This document shows, in pieces, positions 18,365 to 28,621 of a stretch of DNA of 59,170 nt. The stretch's first letter is position 1, and each line of letters opens with the position of its first letter. The notes below the pieces were generated by a model. That model searched no databases. It worked only from the letters and a program-made list of their open reading frames with translations, and was not told the origin of the DNA. The translations under genes and the position numbers were made by a program. Source of the DNA: Candidatus Campbellbacteria bacterium (GTDB lineage: Bacteria > Patescibacteriota > Minisyncoccia > Phycocordibacterales > JAXHMZ01); NCBI GenBank assembly GCA_034521025.1, contig JAXHMZ010000004.1, forward strand, positions 107,315-166,484, read 5' to 3'.

Positions 18365-21300
18365 CTATTTTACCGCCTCAGCTTCTTCTTTTTCCTTTAG
18401 AAACCGTACTTGCTCAACTAATATACTAGCCTCGTTGTTGCGTTTGGAAAATTTACCTTTTACACATACGCAATTTTCGGCCTCCCAATAATCTTTAGTG
18501 TTTTTAAATGTATCAGGAAAAACGACTAATTCGATCGAATCAGAAAAATCGGAGAGTTTAACAAATGCCATCTTCTGTCCTTTTTTGGTTAGAATTATCT
18601 TTGTTTCATCAATTATCCCACATAGAGTAATAGTAGAATTTTCATGGGCTTTTTCTTTAACATCGATTACTTTCGCTTTGCGTTGACTTAACTCATAACT
18701 AAAACGCTCTAAGGGATGCCCGGATACATAAAGACCCAAAAGTTCTTTCTCCCAAGCAAGCTTTAGGCTCGAATTTATTTCTTCTCCCGGTTCCAACTGT
18801 AATTTTTCAATATCTGATTCAGCGCCCATAAGAGTAAAAAGAGAATCTTGGTTTTTTTCAGTTCGGGCTTCTTTGGAATAGGATAAAAGATAATCAAGGT
18901 TCTTTAACATAGTGCCTCTTGCCTCAAACGAATCCAAAGCACCACTTTTGATCAGTGCCTCCAGTGATTTTTTGTTGATATTTCTATCTTGCACCCTGGT
19001 AAGAAAATCCCCCAGTGAGCTGAAACGGCCATTCTTTTCTCGTTCCTCTATTATTGATTCCGTAATGCCCGCTCCAAAGTTCTTTATTGAAGTCAGTCCA
19101 AAGCGAATTTTTTGCTCACTCTCTTCGTTGACCACGGTAAAGTCAGCCATACTTTCATTAATATCAGGAGGCAAAACGTCAATGCCTATTCTGTTGCATT
19201 CATTGATTATCTCAGAGATCTTTTCGACCTCTCCGGAGTCAGCCGTTAGTACCGCCGCCATATATTCAACGGGGTAATTTGCTTTTAAGTATGCTGTTTG
19301 GTAGGCAACTCTGCCGTAACTGGCTGCGTGTGCCTTATTAAATCCGTAAGAAGCAAAAGGTTCGATCAATGACCATAACTCTTTGGCTTTCTCTTTTGAC
19401 ATTCCATTCTCTACCAGTCCATCGAGCAACTTGTTCTTTTGTCGCTCCATTTCGGCGGGTATTTTTTTACCCATCGCCTTACGCAATTTATCTACTTCTA
19501 GCCAGGAAAAACCACCAAGGTTTATGGCGATCATCAAAACGTCGTCTTGGTATGTTATTACACCGAAAGTTTGATCCAATATGCTTTCAAGCCGCGGATC
19601 CAAATATTGTATTAACTCTGGATTGTGCTTGCGTTCGATGTAAGTAGGGATCGTTTCCATAGGACCTGGCCTATAGAGTGCGACCATAGCGTTGATGTCT
19701 TGAATACGCGTCGGCTTAAGATCTTTAAGAAAACGAGTCATTCCTGATCCATTCAGCTGAAAAAGTGCCATGGTTTCTCCGCGCGCAAGCATCTCGAACG
19801 TTTTCGTGTCATCAAGGGGTATATTCTCAATATCTATATCAATTCCTCTAGTATGATCAATGATCTCGATCGCGTTTGACAATATCGAAAGATTCTTTAG
19901 GCCTAAGAAGTCAAATTTGATCAGCCCGGCATCTTCTACGCCGTGCATATCGTATTGAGTTATTACCTTACCGGCTTTGGGATCAACCTGGATCGGTACA
20001 AAATCGGTTACGTCCGTAGGCGAGATCACCACCCCGGCGGCGTGTACGGAAATGTGTCTAGCGCATCCTTCTATCTTTTGGGCTAAGTCGATGATCTCTT
20101 TAACTTCGGAGTCTTCGTCGTACATCTTTTTGAGATCTTCTTCTACCTCCATGGCGTGTGCGATCGTCATAGGGAAACCTTGTGAGCCAAAAGGAATTAG
20201 TTTTGCGATCTTATCGCCCGTCGCGTATGGATAACCGAGAGCTCTCGCGACGTCACGCACCGCTCCTCTGGCGGCCATTGTTCCAAAAGTACCAATTTGA
20301 GCTACCTTACTTTCCCCGTATTTATTTTTTGCGTATTCTAGTATCTCGTCTCTACGATTATCAGCGTAGTCCATATCAATATCCGGAGCTTTTGGTCGTT
20401 CGGGATTTAAGAAGCGTTCAAAGGGTAATTTGTACTCGATCGGATCTACTGTTGTAATGCCGGTCAAATAAGTTGTTAAGGAACCCGCTACCGAACCCCT
20501 GATCGTAGAAAAAATTCTATTTTCACGAGCGTACCTTAACAGATCAGCTACGATCAGAAGATAGATCGAAAATCCTTTGCTTTTAATAACTTCAAGCTCG
20601 TATTCGAGTCTATTAACGTATTCATCGGTTTGCGGTAATCCTTGTTCTTCAAATCCCGCAAAAGCAATCTCACGTAAAACTTCATCCGCGCTCTTATTGT
20701 TAGGCAAGGGGTAATCCGGAAAAGTCCAGCTACCTAGATCCAGTTCAACATTGACTTTGTCAGCTACTTTCTGAGTATTTTCGACGGCTTCCGGTATGTC
20801 TTTGTAGATCTTCTTGGCTTCTTCGGTGGTAATGAAGGAGTAATCGCCGTTTAAAGTAAAGTTCTTGTTGTTAGTATTAATATGAAGAAGTGTATTGTGC
20901 GCTTCTTTGTCGTCTTTATGAAGGTAATGCGAGTCCCAGGTGGCTACTAGAGGCAGATCGAATGCCTTTGCTATCTCTATCATTTTCGGAATTAACGGAG
21001 TATACCATTCAACTTCTTCATGTTTCATGACTTCAATAAAAACATTTTCCTTGCCATAAATTTCAATATAAAAGTTTAGTAACTCTTCAGCTTCTTTTCT
21101 TTTCTTGTTGTATAGTAAATTAACGAATTTCCCCGAAGGACAGCCGGTAAGACATATTAGTCCCTCGCTGTATTCACGAAGCAATTCATTGTCTACTCGA
21201 GGCTTATAGTAAAATCCCTCAAGTGCTGCAATCGAGACTAGTTTGAGCAAGTTCTTGTACCCGCTATTATTACGAGCTAACAGAGTCAAGTGATACCTTT

Positions 21301-21562
21301 TATCATCAATTCCCGCCTGTTTATCAAAGCGAGAGCGCTCGGCAACGTAGAGTTCGGAACCGATTATGGGTTTAATGTCCGCGTCTTTGCATTCCTTGTA
21401 AAATTCGATCGCGCCATGAAGATTACCGTGATCGGTTAGCCCTAAGGCAGGCATGCCAAGCTCTTTGGCTTTTTTTACTAAATCAGGAACCTTAGAAAGT
21501 CCATCCAAAAGCGAGTAATGAGAGTGTGTGTGGAGATGAATAAACTTAGAGTCTTCCTTCAT
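18365..21562 (-). CDS. dnaE: DNA polymerase III alpha subunit
   Basis: PHP HLHTHSHYSLLDG, PDIDMD, GFNKAHAASY. Confidence 0.98.
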   Translation of the reverse strand: MKEDSKFIHLHTHSHYSLLDGLSKVPDLVKKAKELGMPALGLTDHGNLHGAIEFYKECKDADIKPIIGSELYVAERSRFDKQAGIDDKRYHLTLLARNNSGYKNLLKLVSIAALEGFYYKPRVDNELLREYSEGLICLTGCPSGKFVNLLYNKKRKEAEELLNFYIEIYGKENVFIEVMKHEEVEWYTPLIPKMIEIAKAFDLPLVATWDSHYLHKDDKEAHNTLLHINTNNKNFTLNGDYSFITTEEAKKIYKDIPEAVENTQKVADKVNVELDLGSWTFPDYPLPNNKSADEVLREIAFAGFEEQGLPQTDEYVNRLEYELEVIKSKGFSIYLLIVADLLRYARENRIFSTIRGSVAGSLTTYLTGITTVDPIEYKLPFERFLNPERPKAPDIDMDYADNRRDEILEYAKNKYGESKVAQIGTFGTMAARGAVRDVARALGYPYATGDKIAKLIPFGSQGFPMTIAHAMEVEEDLKKMYDEDSEVKEIIDLAQKIEGCARHISVHAAGVVISPTDVTDFVPIQVDPKAGKVITQYDMHGVEDAGLIKFDFLGLKNLSILSNAIEIIDHTRGIDIDIENIPLDDTKTFEMLARGETMALFQLNGSGMTRFLKDLKPTRIQDINAMVALYRPGPMETIPTYIERKHNPELIQYLDPRLESILDQTFGVITYQDDVLMIAINLGGFSWLEVDKLRKAMGKKIPAEMERQKNKLLDGLVENGMSKEKAKELWSLIEPFASYGFNKAHAASYGRVAYQTAYLKANYPVEYMAAVLTADSGEVEKISEIINECNRIGIDVLPPDINESMADFTVVNEESEQKIRFGLTSIKNFGAGITESIIEEREKNGRFSSLGDFLTRVQDRNINKKSLEALIKSGALDSFEARGTMLKNLDYLLSYSKEARTEKNQDSLFTLMGAESDIEKLQLEPGEEINSSLKLAWEKELLGLYVSGHPLERFSYELSQRKAKVIDVKEKAHENSTITLCGIIDETKIILTKKGQKMAFVKLSDFSDSIELVVFPDTFKNTKDYWEAENCVCVKGKFSKRNNEASILVEQVRFLKEKEEAEAVK

Positions 21563-21628
21563 GTGCTCAGTATAACACTTATAAATATTCCACAGAATTA
21601 AATTGTATTTGTTCTGTATACTGAGAAT

Positions 21629-22232
21629 ATGAAAACGGTTATAGGAGTTGACGAAGTAGGAAGAGGGCCTCTCGCCGGTCCGGTAGTGGTCTCTGCCTTC
21701 AGACTAAGAACGAAAAGTACATTCGCGAAAAAAACAAAGATCTTAGACTCAAAAAAACTATCAGAGAAAGAACGGGAGGAGTACTACAGCAAGATCTTAG
21801 AGGAGAGATCAAAGGGCAACGTTGATTTTGCGACTGCTTCAGTTGGAGCAAAAGTAATTGATAGAGAAAATATCAGTAGATCTCTCAGGTACGGAATAAA
21901 AAAAGCTTTGAAAAAAATTAACGCCCTGGAAGAAGAGAAAATTCTTCTGGATGGTTCTCTTTATGCTCCCAAAAAATTTATTGATCAAGAGACAATAATT
22001 AAAGGTGACGAGAAGGAAAAAGTGATCGCCCTTTCGTCAATAGTAGCCAAGGTAGAAAGGGATAGGAAAATGATCAGACTAGTCTAAAAAGTATCCGCAA
22101 TACGCCTTAGAAAAACATAAAGGATATGGAACTAAAGAGCACAGAGAATTAATATCAAAATATGGTTTATCGCCCATTCACAGATCAACTTATTGCAAAA
22201 ACTTTATCGCTCAGAAAAAGAGATCCGCTTGA
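21629..22232 (+). CDS. rnhB: Ribonuclease HII; +1 frameshift at ~22082 (ORF track stops at 22087)
   Basis: [24 protein letters not shown]; shifted frame continues [25 protein letters not shown] to TGA 22230-22232. Confidence 0.92.
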
Positions 22233-22256
22233 ACAAAAATAATAAATATGTATAAT
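22229..22256 (+). promoter_or_regulatory. Putative promoter for rpmF operon
   Basis: TTGAAC-16bp-TATAAT with TG extension. Confidence 0.6.
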
Positions 22257-22266
22257 CGGTATCACT

Positions 22267-22509
22267 ATGTCAATACGAATGCGCCACACAAAAGGTCATA
22301 CCGGTAATCGGCGTGCCCACCACGGATTGAAGGAGCCGCGTTTAACAAGAGACACAGAGACAAATAGCTACCACCTCAGACACAGAGTAGATATGAAAAC
22401 TGGAATGTATCGAGGTAGAAAGGTATTTGAAACTGTTGACGCGTCGCCCGCAGAAGAGAATAAAGAGAGCAGTACCGAGGGTGAGAAAGACACTAAAAAA
22501 AGCTCTTAG
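22267..22509 (+). CDS. rpmF: 50S ribosomal protein L32 (cysteine-free variant, acidic tail)
   Basis: MRHTKGHTGNRRAHH..HRVDMKTGMYRGRKV; position before nusB-rnc. Confidence 0.9.
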   Translation: MSIRMRHTKGHTGNRRAHHGLKEPRLTRDTETNSYHLRHRVDMKTGMYRGRKVFETVDASPAEENKESSTEGEKDTKKSS

Positions 22510-22574
22510 TGCCTTGTTCTTTTGCTGAATTCGTGTACACTAACAGGTAAATAGCACTAGTTAGCACCTTTGAA

Positions 22575-23489
22575 ATGGCGAATCGTCACCTATCACGATC
22601 AATAGTCCTACAGACCCTATTTGAATGGGATTTTAATAATATACCCGAGGAATCAACGAGTGATGTCCTTGAATTCAACGCAAAAGAGTTTGCGCCTGAG
22701 TTGAATGACTTCTCCTTTATGGCCGAGCTCTTGCATGGCGTTCTAGATAAGCAAGATAAGCTTGATGTGATTATCACGGAGGCGGCTCCTGATTGGCCAT
22801 TGGAAAAAATTTCAATTGTAGATCGTAATATTTTAAGGATCGGCCTTTATGAACTTTTGTTTGCCAATAGGGAAGAAGTGCCGCCAAAAGTTGCAATAAA
22901 CGAAGCGATCGAACTAGCTAAATCATTTGGAGGCGAATCCAGTGGGCGCTTTATAAACGGTGTCTTAGGTGCCGTCTATAAAGAAATGGGTGAGCCCGGG
23001 AAAGATGAGAAAAGTGTAAAGAAAGAGAAAAGTAAATTCAACAGAACTTACGAAGAAATGCCTGTAAAAAGGTTGTGTGGGGCGGTTGTGTATTCTGAAA
23101 ATAATAGTTCTTATTATTTAGCGTTAGTTCATGATGTTTTTGGACACTGGACACTTACAAAAGGGCACGTCAAAGACGGCGAAACAGATAGTCTGGGCGC
23201 CAAAAGGGTAATAAAAGAAGAATTGGGATTAGAGGCGGACATCACCGAGGAGCTCGGCAAGAACGAATATGTTGCCTCAGATCCTGAATTAGGGAAAATA
23301 AGAAAGCAAGTAACCTACTTTTTGGCCAAGGCTCCATATGATGAATTAAAACTCGATACAGACGGAGGGCTTGATGATTGTAAGTGGTATGAACTCAATG
23401 ACATTTTAGATCTGAATTTTTATAACGACATACTTCCAATTGTTACAAAAGCGATCAAAACACTCGTATCTGAAGATAAAGTCAATTAG
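22575..23489 (+). CDS. nusB: Transcription antitermination factor NusB fused to a C-terminal Nudix-like domain
   Basis: NusB: DRNILRIGLYEL, AINEAIELAKSFG, FINGVLG; Nudix-like box KGHVKDGETDSLGAKRVIKEELGL. Confidence 0.9.
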   Translation: MANRHLSRSIVLQTLFEWDFNNIPEESTSDVLEFNAKEFAPELNDFSFMAELLHGVLDKQDKLDVIITEAAPDWPLEKISIVDRNILRIGLYELLFANREEVPPKVAINEAIELAKSFGGESSGRFINGVLGAVYKEMGEPGKDEKSVKKEKSKFNRTYEEMPVKRLCGAVVYSENNSSYYLALVHDVFGHWTLTKGHVKDGETDSLGAKRVIKEELGLEADITEELGKNEYVASDPELGKIRKQVTYFLAKAPYDELKLDTDGGLDDCKWYELNDILDLNFYNDILPIVTKAIKTLVSEDKVN

Positions 23490-23502
23490 CCAGAGACATA
23501 CT

Positions 23503-24195
23503 ATGAAAGATATCAGCAAGTTCGAGGAACAGTTAGGTGTAAATTTTAATGACAAAGACATTCTTCTGCGAGCTTTTGTTCACAGATCATACGTAAACGA
23601 AAACCGTGATTTTACTCTTGGTCATAATGAACGCCTTGAATTTCTCGGTGATGCCGTTCTTGAATTGGTAGTAACCGAAGAATTGTACAAAAGATTTCCT
23701 AATAAAAACGAAGGTGAACTGACAGCGATCAGAGCAGCTGTTGTAAATACAAAATCTCTTTCAAGCGCCGCCAAGAAACTAAAAATGGGAGATTTTTTAT
23801 TTTTGTCCAAGGGTGAGTCCAAAAGTACCGGGAGGGCGCGCAGTTATATTCTAGCCAACACGTTTGAATCAGTAGTCGGAGCGATCTACATTGATCAGGG
23901 TTACAAGCCAGCTAAAAAGTTTATCGGTGATAATCTCTTTGAAATGATCGAGCCGATAGTGACTGAAAAACTTTGGGTAGACGCTAAAAGCTTGTTTCAA
24001 GAGAAAGCGCAAGAAATTCACGGAACAACACCAGAGTACAAAGTTATTTCAGAAAGTGGTCCCGACCATGACAAGAAATTCACTATGGGTGTCTATCTAG
24101 ACAATAAACTCATAGGTAAAGGCAGTGGATCCTCTAAGCAAGACGCGGAGCAAGAAGCGGCAGAGGCAGGCCTCAAAGAAAATGAATGGATATAA
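23503..24195 (+). CDS. rnc: Ribonuclease III (true start likely ATG 23503)
   Basis: HNERLEFLGDAVL signature, C-terminal dsRBD. Confidence 0.98.
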   Translation: MKDISKFEEQLGVNFNDKDILLRAFVHRSYVNENRDFTLGHNERLEFLGDAVLELVVTEELYKRFPNKNEGELTAIRAAVVNTKSLSSAAKKLKMGDFLFLSKGESKSTGRARSYILANTFESVVGAIYIDQGYKPAKKFIGDNLFEMIEPIVTEKLWVDAKSLFQEKAQEIHGTTPEYKVISESGPDHDKKFTMGVYLDNKLIGKGSGSSKQDAEQEAAEAGLKENEWI

Positions 24196-24198
24196 AAT

Positions 24199-26370
24199 AT
24201 GAAACTGAAGTTTATTGAAATAAAAGGTTTTAAATCTTTTGCAAAAAAAGAGCAGTTGTCTTTTAGTAAGAACATAACGGCAATAGTCGGACCAAATGGT
24301 TCCGGGAAGTCCAACGTAGCCGAGGCGTTCCGTTTTGTCCTGGGAGAGCAATCTATGAAATCATTGCGGTCCAAGAAAACCGAAGATCTCCTTTTTAATG
24401 GTTCAACTTCTTTGCCCAGAACCAATCGTGCTAGCGTTAGCCTAACTTTTGATAACTCAAACCGCGAAATAGAAAGAGCATTTGATGAAATTGAAATAGA
24501 AAGAATTATTCACAGAGACTCTACGAGCGAATATTATATAAATGGCAGTCCGGTTAGACTCAAAGATGTAATTGATATCCTGTCCACATCAAAAATTGGC
24601 ACAGCCGGGCATAACATCATTTCACAAGGAGAAGCGGATAAAATGCTCAAAATGGGAGCAATAGAAAGGAGAGAGTATGTAGAAGAGGCAATTGGATTGA
24701 CTCAATATAGGATCAAGAAAAGAGATGCTCTTAAAAAACTCGTAAAAACTGAGGAAAACTTGGTGTCCGTTCGCTCTCTTGCGCGTGAGCACGCGCCGCA
24801 CCTACGTTATCTGGAGCGTGAAATGTCACAAATTGAAAAAAGAAAGGAGTTAATAGAAGAGTTGAAAACAAAGATCAATGAATATGCCAAGCTATTCCTT
24901 CCTCACCGCACTAAACTAATTCAACTAAACGAAAAAGAGCTTCAAGATACGCAAACAAAAATAGACGAAATAGACAGGGCGATCAAAGAAAATTTGAGAG
25001 AAAAGGAAGCGCATTCATTTGAAGAAAGAAGGGAAGAGCTACGCTCCAAAATACAAAACACAACAAACGAAATAGAAAATCTGAAAAGCAAACGAAGTGA
25101 GATCGAAAGATCAATAGGGAGAATGGAAGCAAAATTGGAAATCCTGAAGACAGGTAATACAAAACAAACTTCGGCTGGCAATAGAGAGATCAATAGCGAA
25201 AAGATCGACGAAATTATTGATTTACTCAAAAGAACGCTAGACGAAGACTCTTTAGAGAAAATCAAAGAAACAATAAAAAAAGCCATTTCGATATACGAAA
25301 AAGGTTCCGCTGATGTATCCGAAGAAAAAGATCATGAAAGAGAGGATCCTTCAGTTGTCGAGGAGCTAAACAAGCTTAATCATGAATTTGAAAAAATTGT
25401 TGAAGAAGAAAACGGTCTCTTGAACGACAAGGAAGCATTTGAAAAGCAAATTTCTGAGTTGTTTCAGGAAGAGGAAAAAGACAGGAGCAAAGAATATCAA
25501 AAAGCTTCGTTGGAAACTCAGAAAGGATCAATAAAACAAAAAATAGATAGTTTAAAATCCGAGGTAAAGGATTTCTACAGTTTACTTGAAGAAGTTGTCT
25601 ATGTTACGGGCATAAATGTCCCCAAAGAAAACCTGGATCCGAACAACGATATAACCAGAATCGAAGTATCTAACGACGATCTGCGAGAAAAGGAAAGAGA
25701 GGTAGAAAAATTGAAGTTGAGGATCGAAACCATGCAAGTTGGGAATCAAAAAGAGACCGAACGTGAGTATAAATTGGCCAAAGAGCGAGCAGAATTTCTC
25801 GATCGTGAAATAGAAGATCTTGAAAAAACAATAGAGAAATTACACAGTGTAGCTCAAGAATTAGACGAGAAGATAGAATATGAGTTCTCGATAGGACTTA
25901 AAGAGATCAGTGATCACTTCTCTAATTTTTTCTCTCATATGTTCGCGGGCGGTAAAGCCGAGCTTACTAAAACGGTAGTAACGAAAAAAACCAAAGACGA
26001 AGAGAAGCTATCCGAAACCGGAGTAGAAATAGGATTAACGATACCGAACAAAAAAATAAAATCCATAGCAATGCTTTCAGGGGGTGAAAAAACATTGGTT
26101 TCAATAGCCCTGATCTTTGCTCTATCACAAGTGAACCCGCCGCCGTTTCTAATTCTTGATGAAACAGATGCGGCTCTGGACGAAGCTAATTCAAAGCGAT
26201 ACGCTGAAGCACTTACTGAACTAGCGAAACGATCACAGCTTATTCTTATAACACATAATCGAGAAACTATGTCTCATGCCGGTATGCTTTATGGAATAAC
26301 TATGGGCAAGAGAGCTGCCTCAGAGCTATTATCCGTTGATCTCGAAGAAGCGGAAAAAATAACTCAATAG
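24199..26370 (+). CDS. smc: SMC-family ATPase, short (723 aa)
   Basis: Walker A GPNGSGKSN, ISQG Q-loop, LSGGEK, ILDETDAALD; coiled-coil middle. Confidence 0.88.
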   Translation: MKLKFIEIKGFKSFAKKEQLSFSKNITAIVGPNGSGKSNVAEAFRFVLGEQSMKSLRSKKTEDLLFNGSTSLPRTNRASVSLTFDNSNREIERAFDEIEIERIIHRDSTSEYYINGSPVRLKDVIDILSTSKIGTAGHNIISQGEADKMLKMGAIERREYVEEAIGLTQYRIKKRDALKKLVKTEENLVSVRSLAREHAPHLRYLEREMSQIEKRKELIEELKTKINEYAKLFLPHRTKLIQLNEKELQDTQTKIDEIDRAIKENLREKEAHSFEERREELRSKIQNTTNEIENLKSKRSEIERSIGRMEAKLEILKTGNTKQTSAGNREINSEKIDEIIDLLKRTLDEDSLEKIKETIKKAISIYEKGSADVSEEKDHEREDPSVVEELNKLNHEFEKIVEEENGLLNDKEAFEKQISELFQEEEKDRSKEYQKASLETQKGSIKQKIDSLKSEVKDFYSLLEEVVYVTGINVPKENLDPNNDITRIEVSNDDLREKEREVEKLKLRIETMQVGNQKETEREYKLAKERAEFLDREIEDLEKTIEKLHSVAQELDEKIEYEFSIGLKEISDHFSNFFSHMFAGGKAELTKTVVTKKTKDEEKLSETGVEIGLTIPNKKIKSIAMLSGGEKTLVSIALIFALSQVNPPPFLILDETDAALDEANSKRYAEALTELAKRSQLILITHNRETMSHAGMLYGITMGKRAASELLSVDLEEAEKITQ

Positions 26371-26471
26371 ATCCAGCTTGACCTCCCGAGTCTACTAGTA
26401 TAAAAAGTGAATAGAAATAACCATATCGTGCGTAGGAAGGATAAGCGCAAAAGTTCTTTAACTTCCTCCTC

Positions 26472-26553
26472 GCCCTTTGAGATCGTGGCTCCCTCTCGAG
26501 ATCTCGAAGGGCCAACTGATAAACCCCCGGAGGACAGTCGGGTCTTCCGGGGG
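26472..26553. other. Two GC-rich hairpins between convergent smc and rnr (the second is the probable rnr terminator)
   Basis: 13-bp stem 26472-26484/26500-26512; 12-bp stem 26524-26535/26542-26553. Confidence 0.6.
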
Positions 26554-26581
26554 ATATTTATATCTATATCAAGCAGACAAA

Positions 26582-28501
26582 CTACTCAACTAATTCGTAG
26601 TTGAGTTGTTTTTTATCCAAGTCAGCATCTTTGATCCTGAATTTTATAGAGTCACCAAGACTAAAGACGCGCTTTAAACTTGGACAACTAACGCGGTATT
26701 TTTCTTTCTCATAAACACAATCTTCTCCGAGTGATTTTGTACTTATCATTCCTTCGGCCATAGTTTCTTTCTCTTCAACATATATACCCCATTCAGAAAC
26801 ACCTGATATTGTACCCTCGAATTCTTCACCGATGTGATTTTGCATATATTCGACATGCTTGTACTTTTTGGAAGCACGCTCTGCTTCAACGGCGGCTTGT
26901 TCGCGGTCGGTTATGTGACTGATCATATCGAAATAGAACTGCGCCTCAGTTTCAGGTATTTCTCCGCTCTTCAAGTAAGAATTGAGGATCCTATGCACCA
27001 CAAGGTCGGCGTAACGACGGATCGGTGACGTGAAATGAGTATAGTAATTAAAGGAGAGTCCATAGTGTCCTATGTTATCTGTGGAGTATGAAGCTTTGGC
27101 CATAGAGCGTATCGCGGCCGTCTTCAAAAGACTTTCTTCGGGCCTTCCTTCAAGCTTTTCCAGAAATTCTGACAGGTCTTTTGATTTGACAGTCCCTTCT
27201 TCTGTTAGCGGTAATTTATAACCTAAAGCCCGGACGAGTTCAGCAAAGTTTTCAACTCTTTCTACTTGAGGTGTATCGTGTACTCTATACACCGCTAAGT
27301 CCGCTTCATCATTCTCTACCGCTCGAGAGAGCTTTTTCGCGACCATCCGGTTAGCCAGGAGCATATATTCCTCCACCAGTTTGTGAACGTCTAACCTCTC
27401 TTTGCGAGTAACTTTTATCGGAGTTCCGTCGGGAGCGAGTTCGAACGATACTTCGTCTGTTTCGAATTCTATAGCACCGCCTTCCTGATTCTTCTTCTTA
27501 AGCTCCTTTGCTATCGTATTCAAAACAGAAAGATCGTGAGAAAACTCATCTTCTCCGCCATCAATGGCAGCCTGTGCTTCTTCGTAAGTAAAACGCCGGT
27601 TCGAATGTACGAGAGTTTTGCTAAAATGATGGTCTATGATATTGCCTTTTTTATCCAACACCATTATTGCGGAAAAGGCATGTTTGTCTTGGCCCGGATT
27701 AAGACTGCAAAGATCGTTAGACAGTACTTCCGGTAGCATCGGGATAGTTCGATCTACCAAATAAACTGAAAAGCCTCTCTCAAAGGCCTCTTTATCGATT
27801 TTTGAACCAAAATCAACAAAGTGAGAGACATCGGCTATGTGTACACCCACTTCATAATTATCGTCGTCTAATTTTCTGAATGAAATAGCGTCATCAAAGT
27901 CTTTGGCGCTTGCCGGGTCGATGGTAATAGTAGTTACATCGCGAAAGTCTTCTCGTTCTTGGACATCCTTTTCGGTAATAGGTCCGCGTTCCTTGCTGAT
28001 CTTTTCCGCCTCTTCTTCAACTTCAGGGGGGAAATCACCGTCAAATCCACTAGAAATTATGATCGATTTCATTTCCGCGTCGTTCTCACCTTTTTTCCCA
28101 AGCACCGATACTATTTTTCCTATTGGGTTTTTGTCTTCATCCTTCCAGTCCACCAATTCTACTACAACCTTATCTCCGTCTTCGGCCTCTCCTTGAAATC
28201 TCTCGGGAACAAAGAAATCAACATACGCCTTTCTATCATCTGAAATTACAAAGATCCTTCCAGAACTTTTGTCTACAGTTCCGACGTATTTACTATGAGC
28301 TCTATCCAACACCTTTGTTACTTCACCTAAGGGGCCGGATTCATTTTTATCAATTATCTTGATCTCTACCTCATCGCCGTTCAAAGCCATTAGTAGTTTT
28401 CCTGGTTGAATGAAAATATCTTCTTCCAGATCTTCATTCGAGAAAAAACCAAATCCTTTAGAATTGGTCGTAATATAACCTCTATACGTTTTTCCTTTCA
28501 T
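26582..28501 (-). CDS. rnr: Ribonuclease R
   Basis: Cold-shock domains (KGFGF), IDPASAKDFDDAIS catalytic motif, HFTSPIRRYADL, C-terminal S1. Confidence 0.96.
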   Translation of the reverse strand: MKGKTYRGYITTNSKGFGFFSNEDLEEDIFIQPGKLLMALNGDEVEIKIIDKNESGPLGEVTKVLDRAHSKYVGTVDKSSGRIFVISDDRKAYVDFFVPERFQGEAEDGDKVVVELVDWKDEDKNPIGKIVSVLGKKGENDAEMKSIIISSGFDGDFPPEVEEEAEKISKERGPITEKDVQEREDFRDVTTITIDPASAKDFDDAISFRKLDDDNYEVGVHIADVSHFVDFGSKIDKEAFERGFSVYLVDRTIPMLPEVLSNDLCSLNPGQDKHAFSAIMVLDKKGNIIDHHFSKTLVHSNRRFTYEEAQAAIDGGEDEFSHDLSVLNTIAKELKKKNQEGGAIEFETDEVSFELAPDGTPIKVTRKERLDVHKLVEEYMLLANRMVAKKLSRAVENDEADLAVYRVHDTPQVERVENFAELVRALGYKLPLTEEGTVKSKDLSEFLEKLEGRPEESLLKTAAIRSMAKASYSTDNIGHYGLSFNYYTHFTSPIRRYADLVVHRILNSYLKSGEIPETEAQFYFDMISHITDREQAAVEAERASKKYKHVEYMQNHIGEEFEGTISGVSEWGIYVEEKETMAEGMISTKSLGEDCVYEKEKYRVSCPSLKRVFSLGDSIKFRIKDADLDKKQLNYELVE

Positions 28502-28621
28502 AAAATATCGTTAATAGTCCTTAACACAGAAATCTAACATTAATCAGTCTATCAGTGATCTTCTATATATGCGAGCTATATGCTATTGACCGGCATACCG
28601 AGCTCTGCTAGTATCTTCTCT

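Noticed and set aside
26407-26604. 65-aa ORF between smc and rnr
   Set aside because: GTG start, no motif, runs through strong hairpins and overlaps the rnr stop
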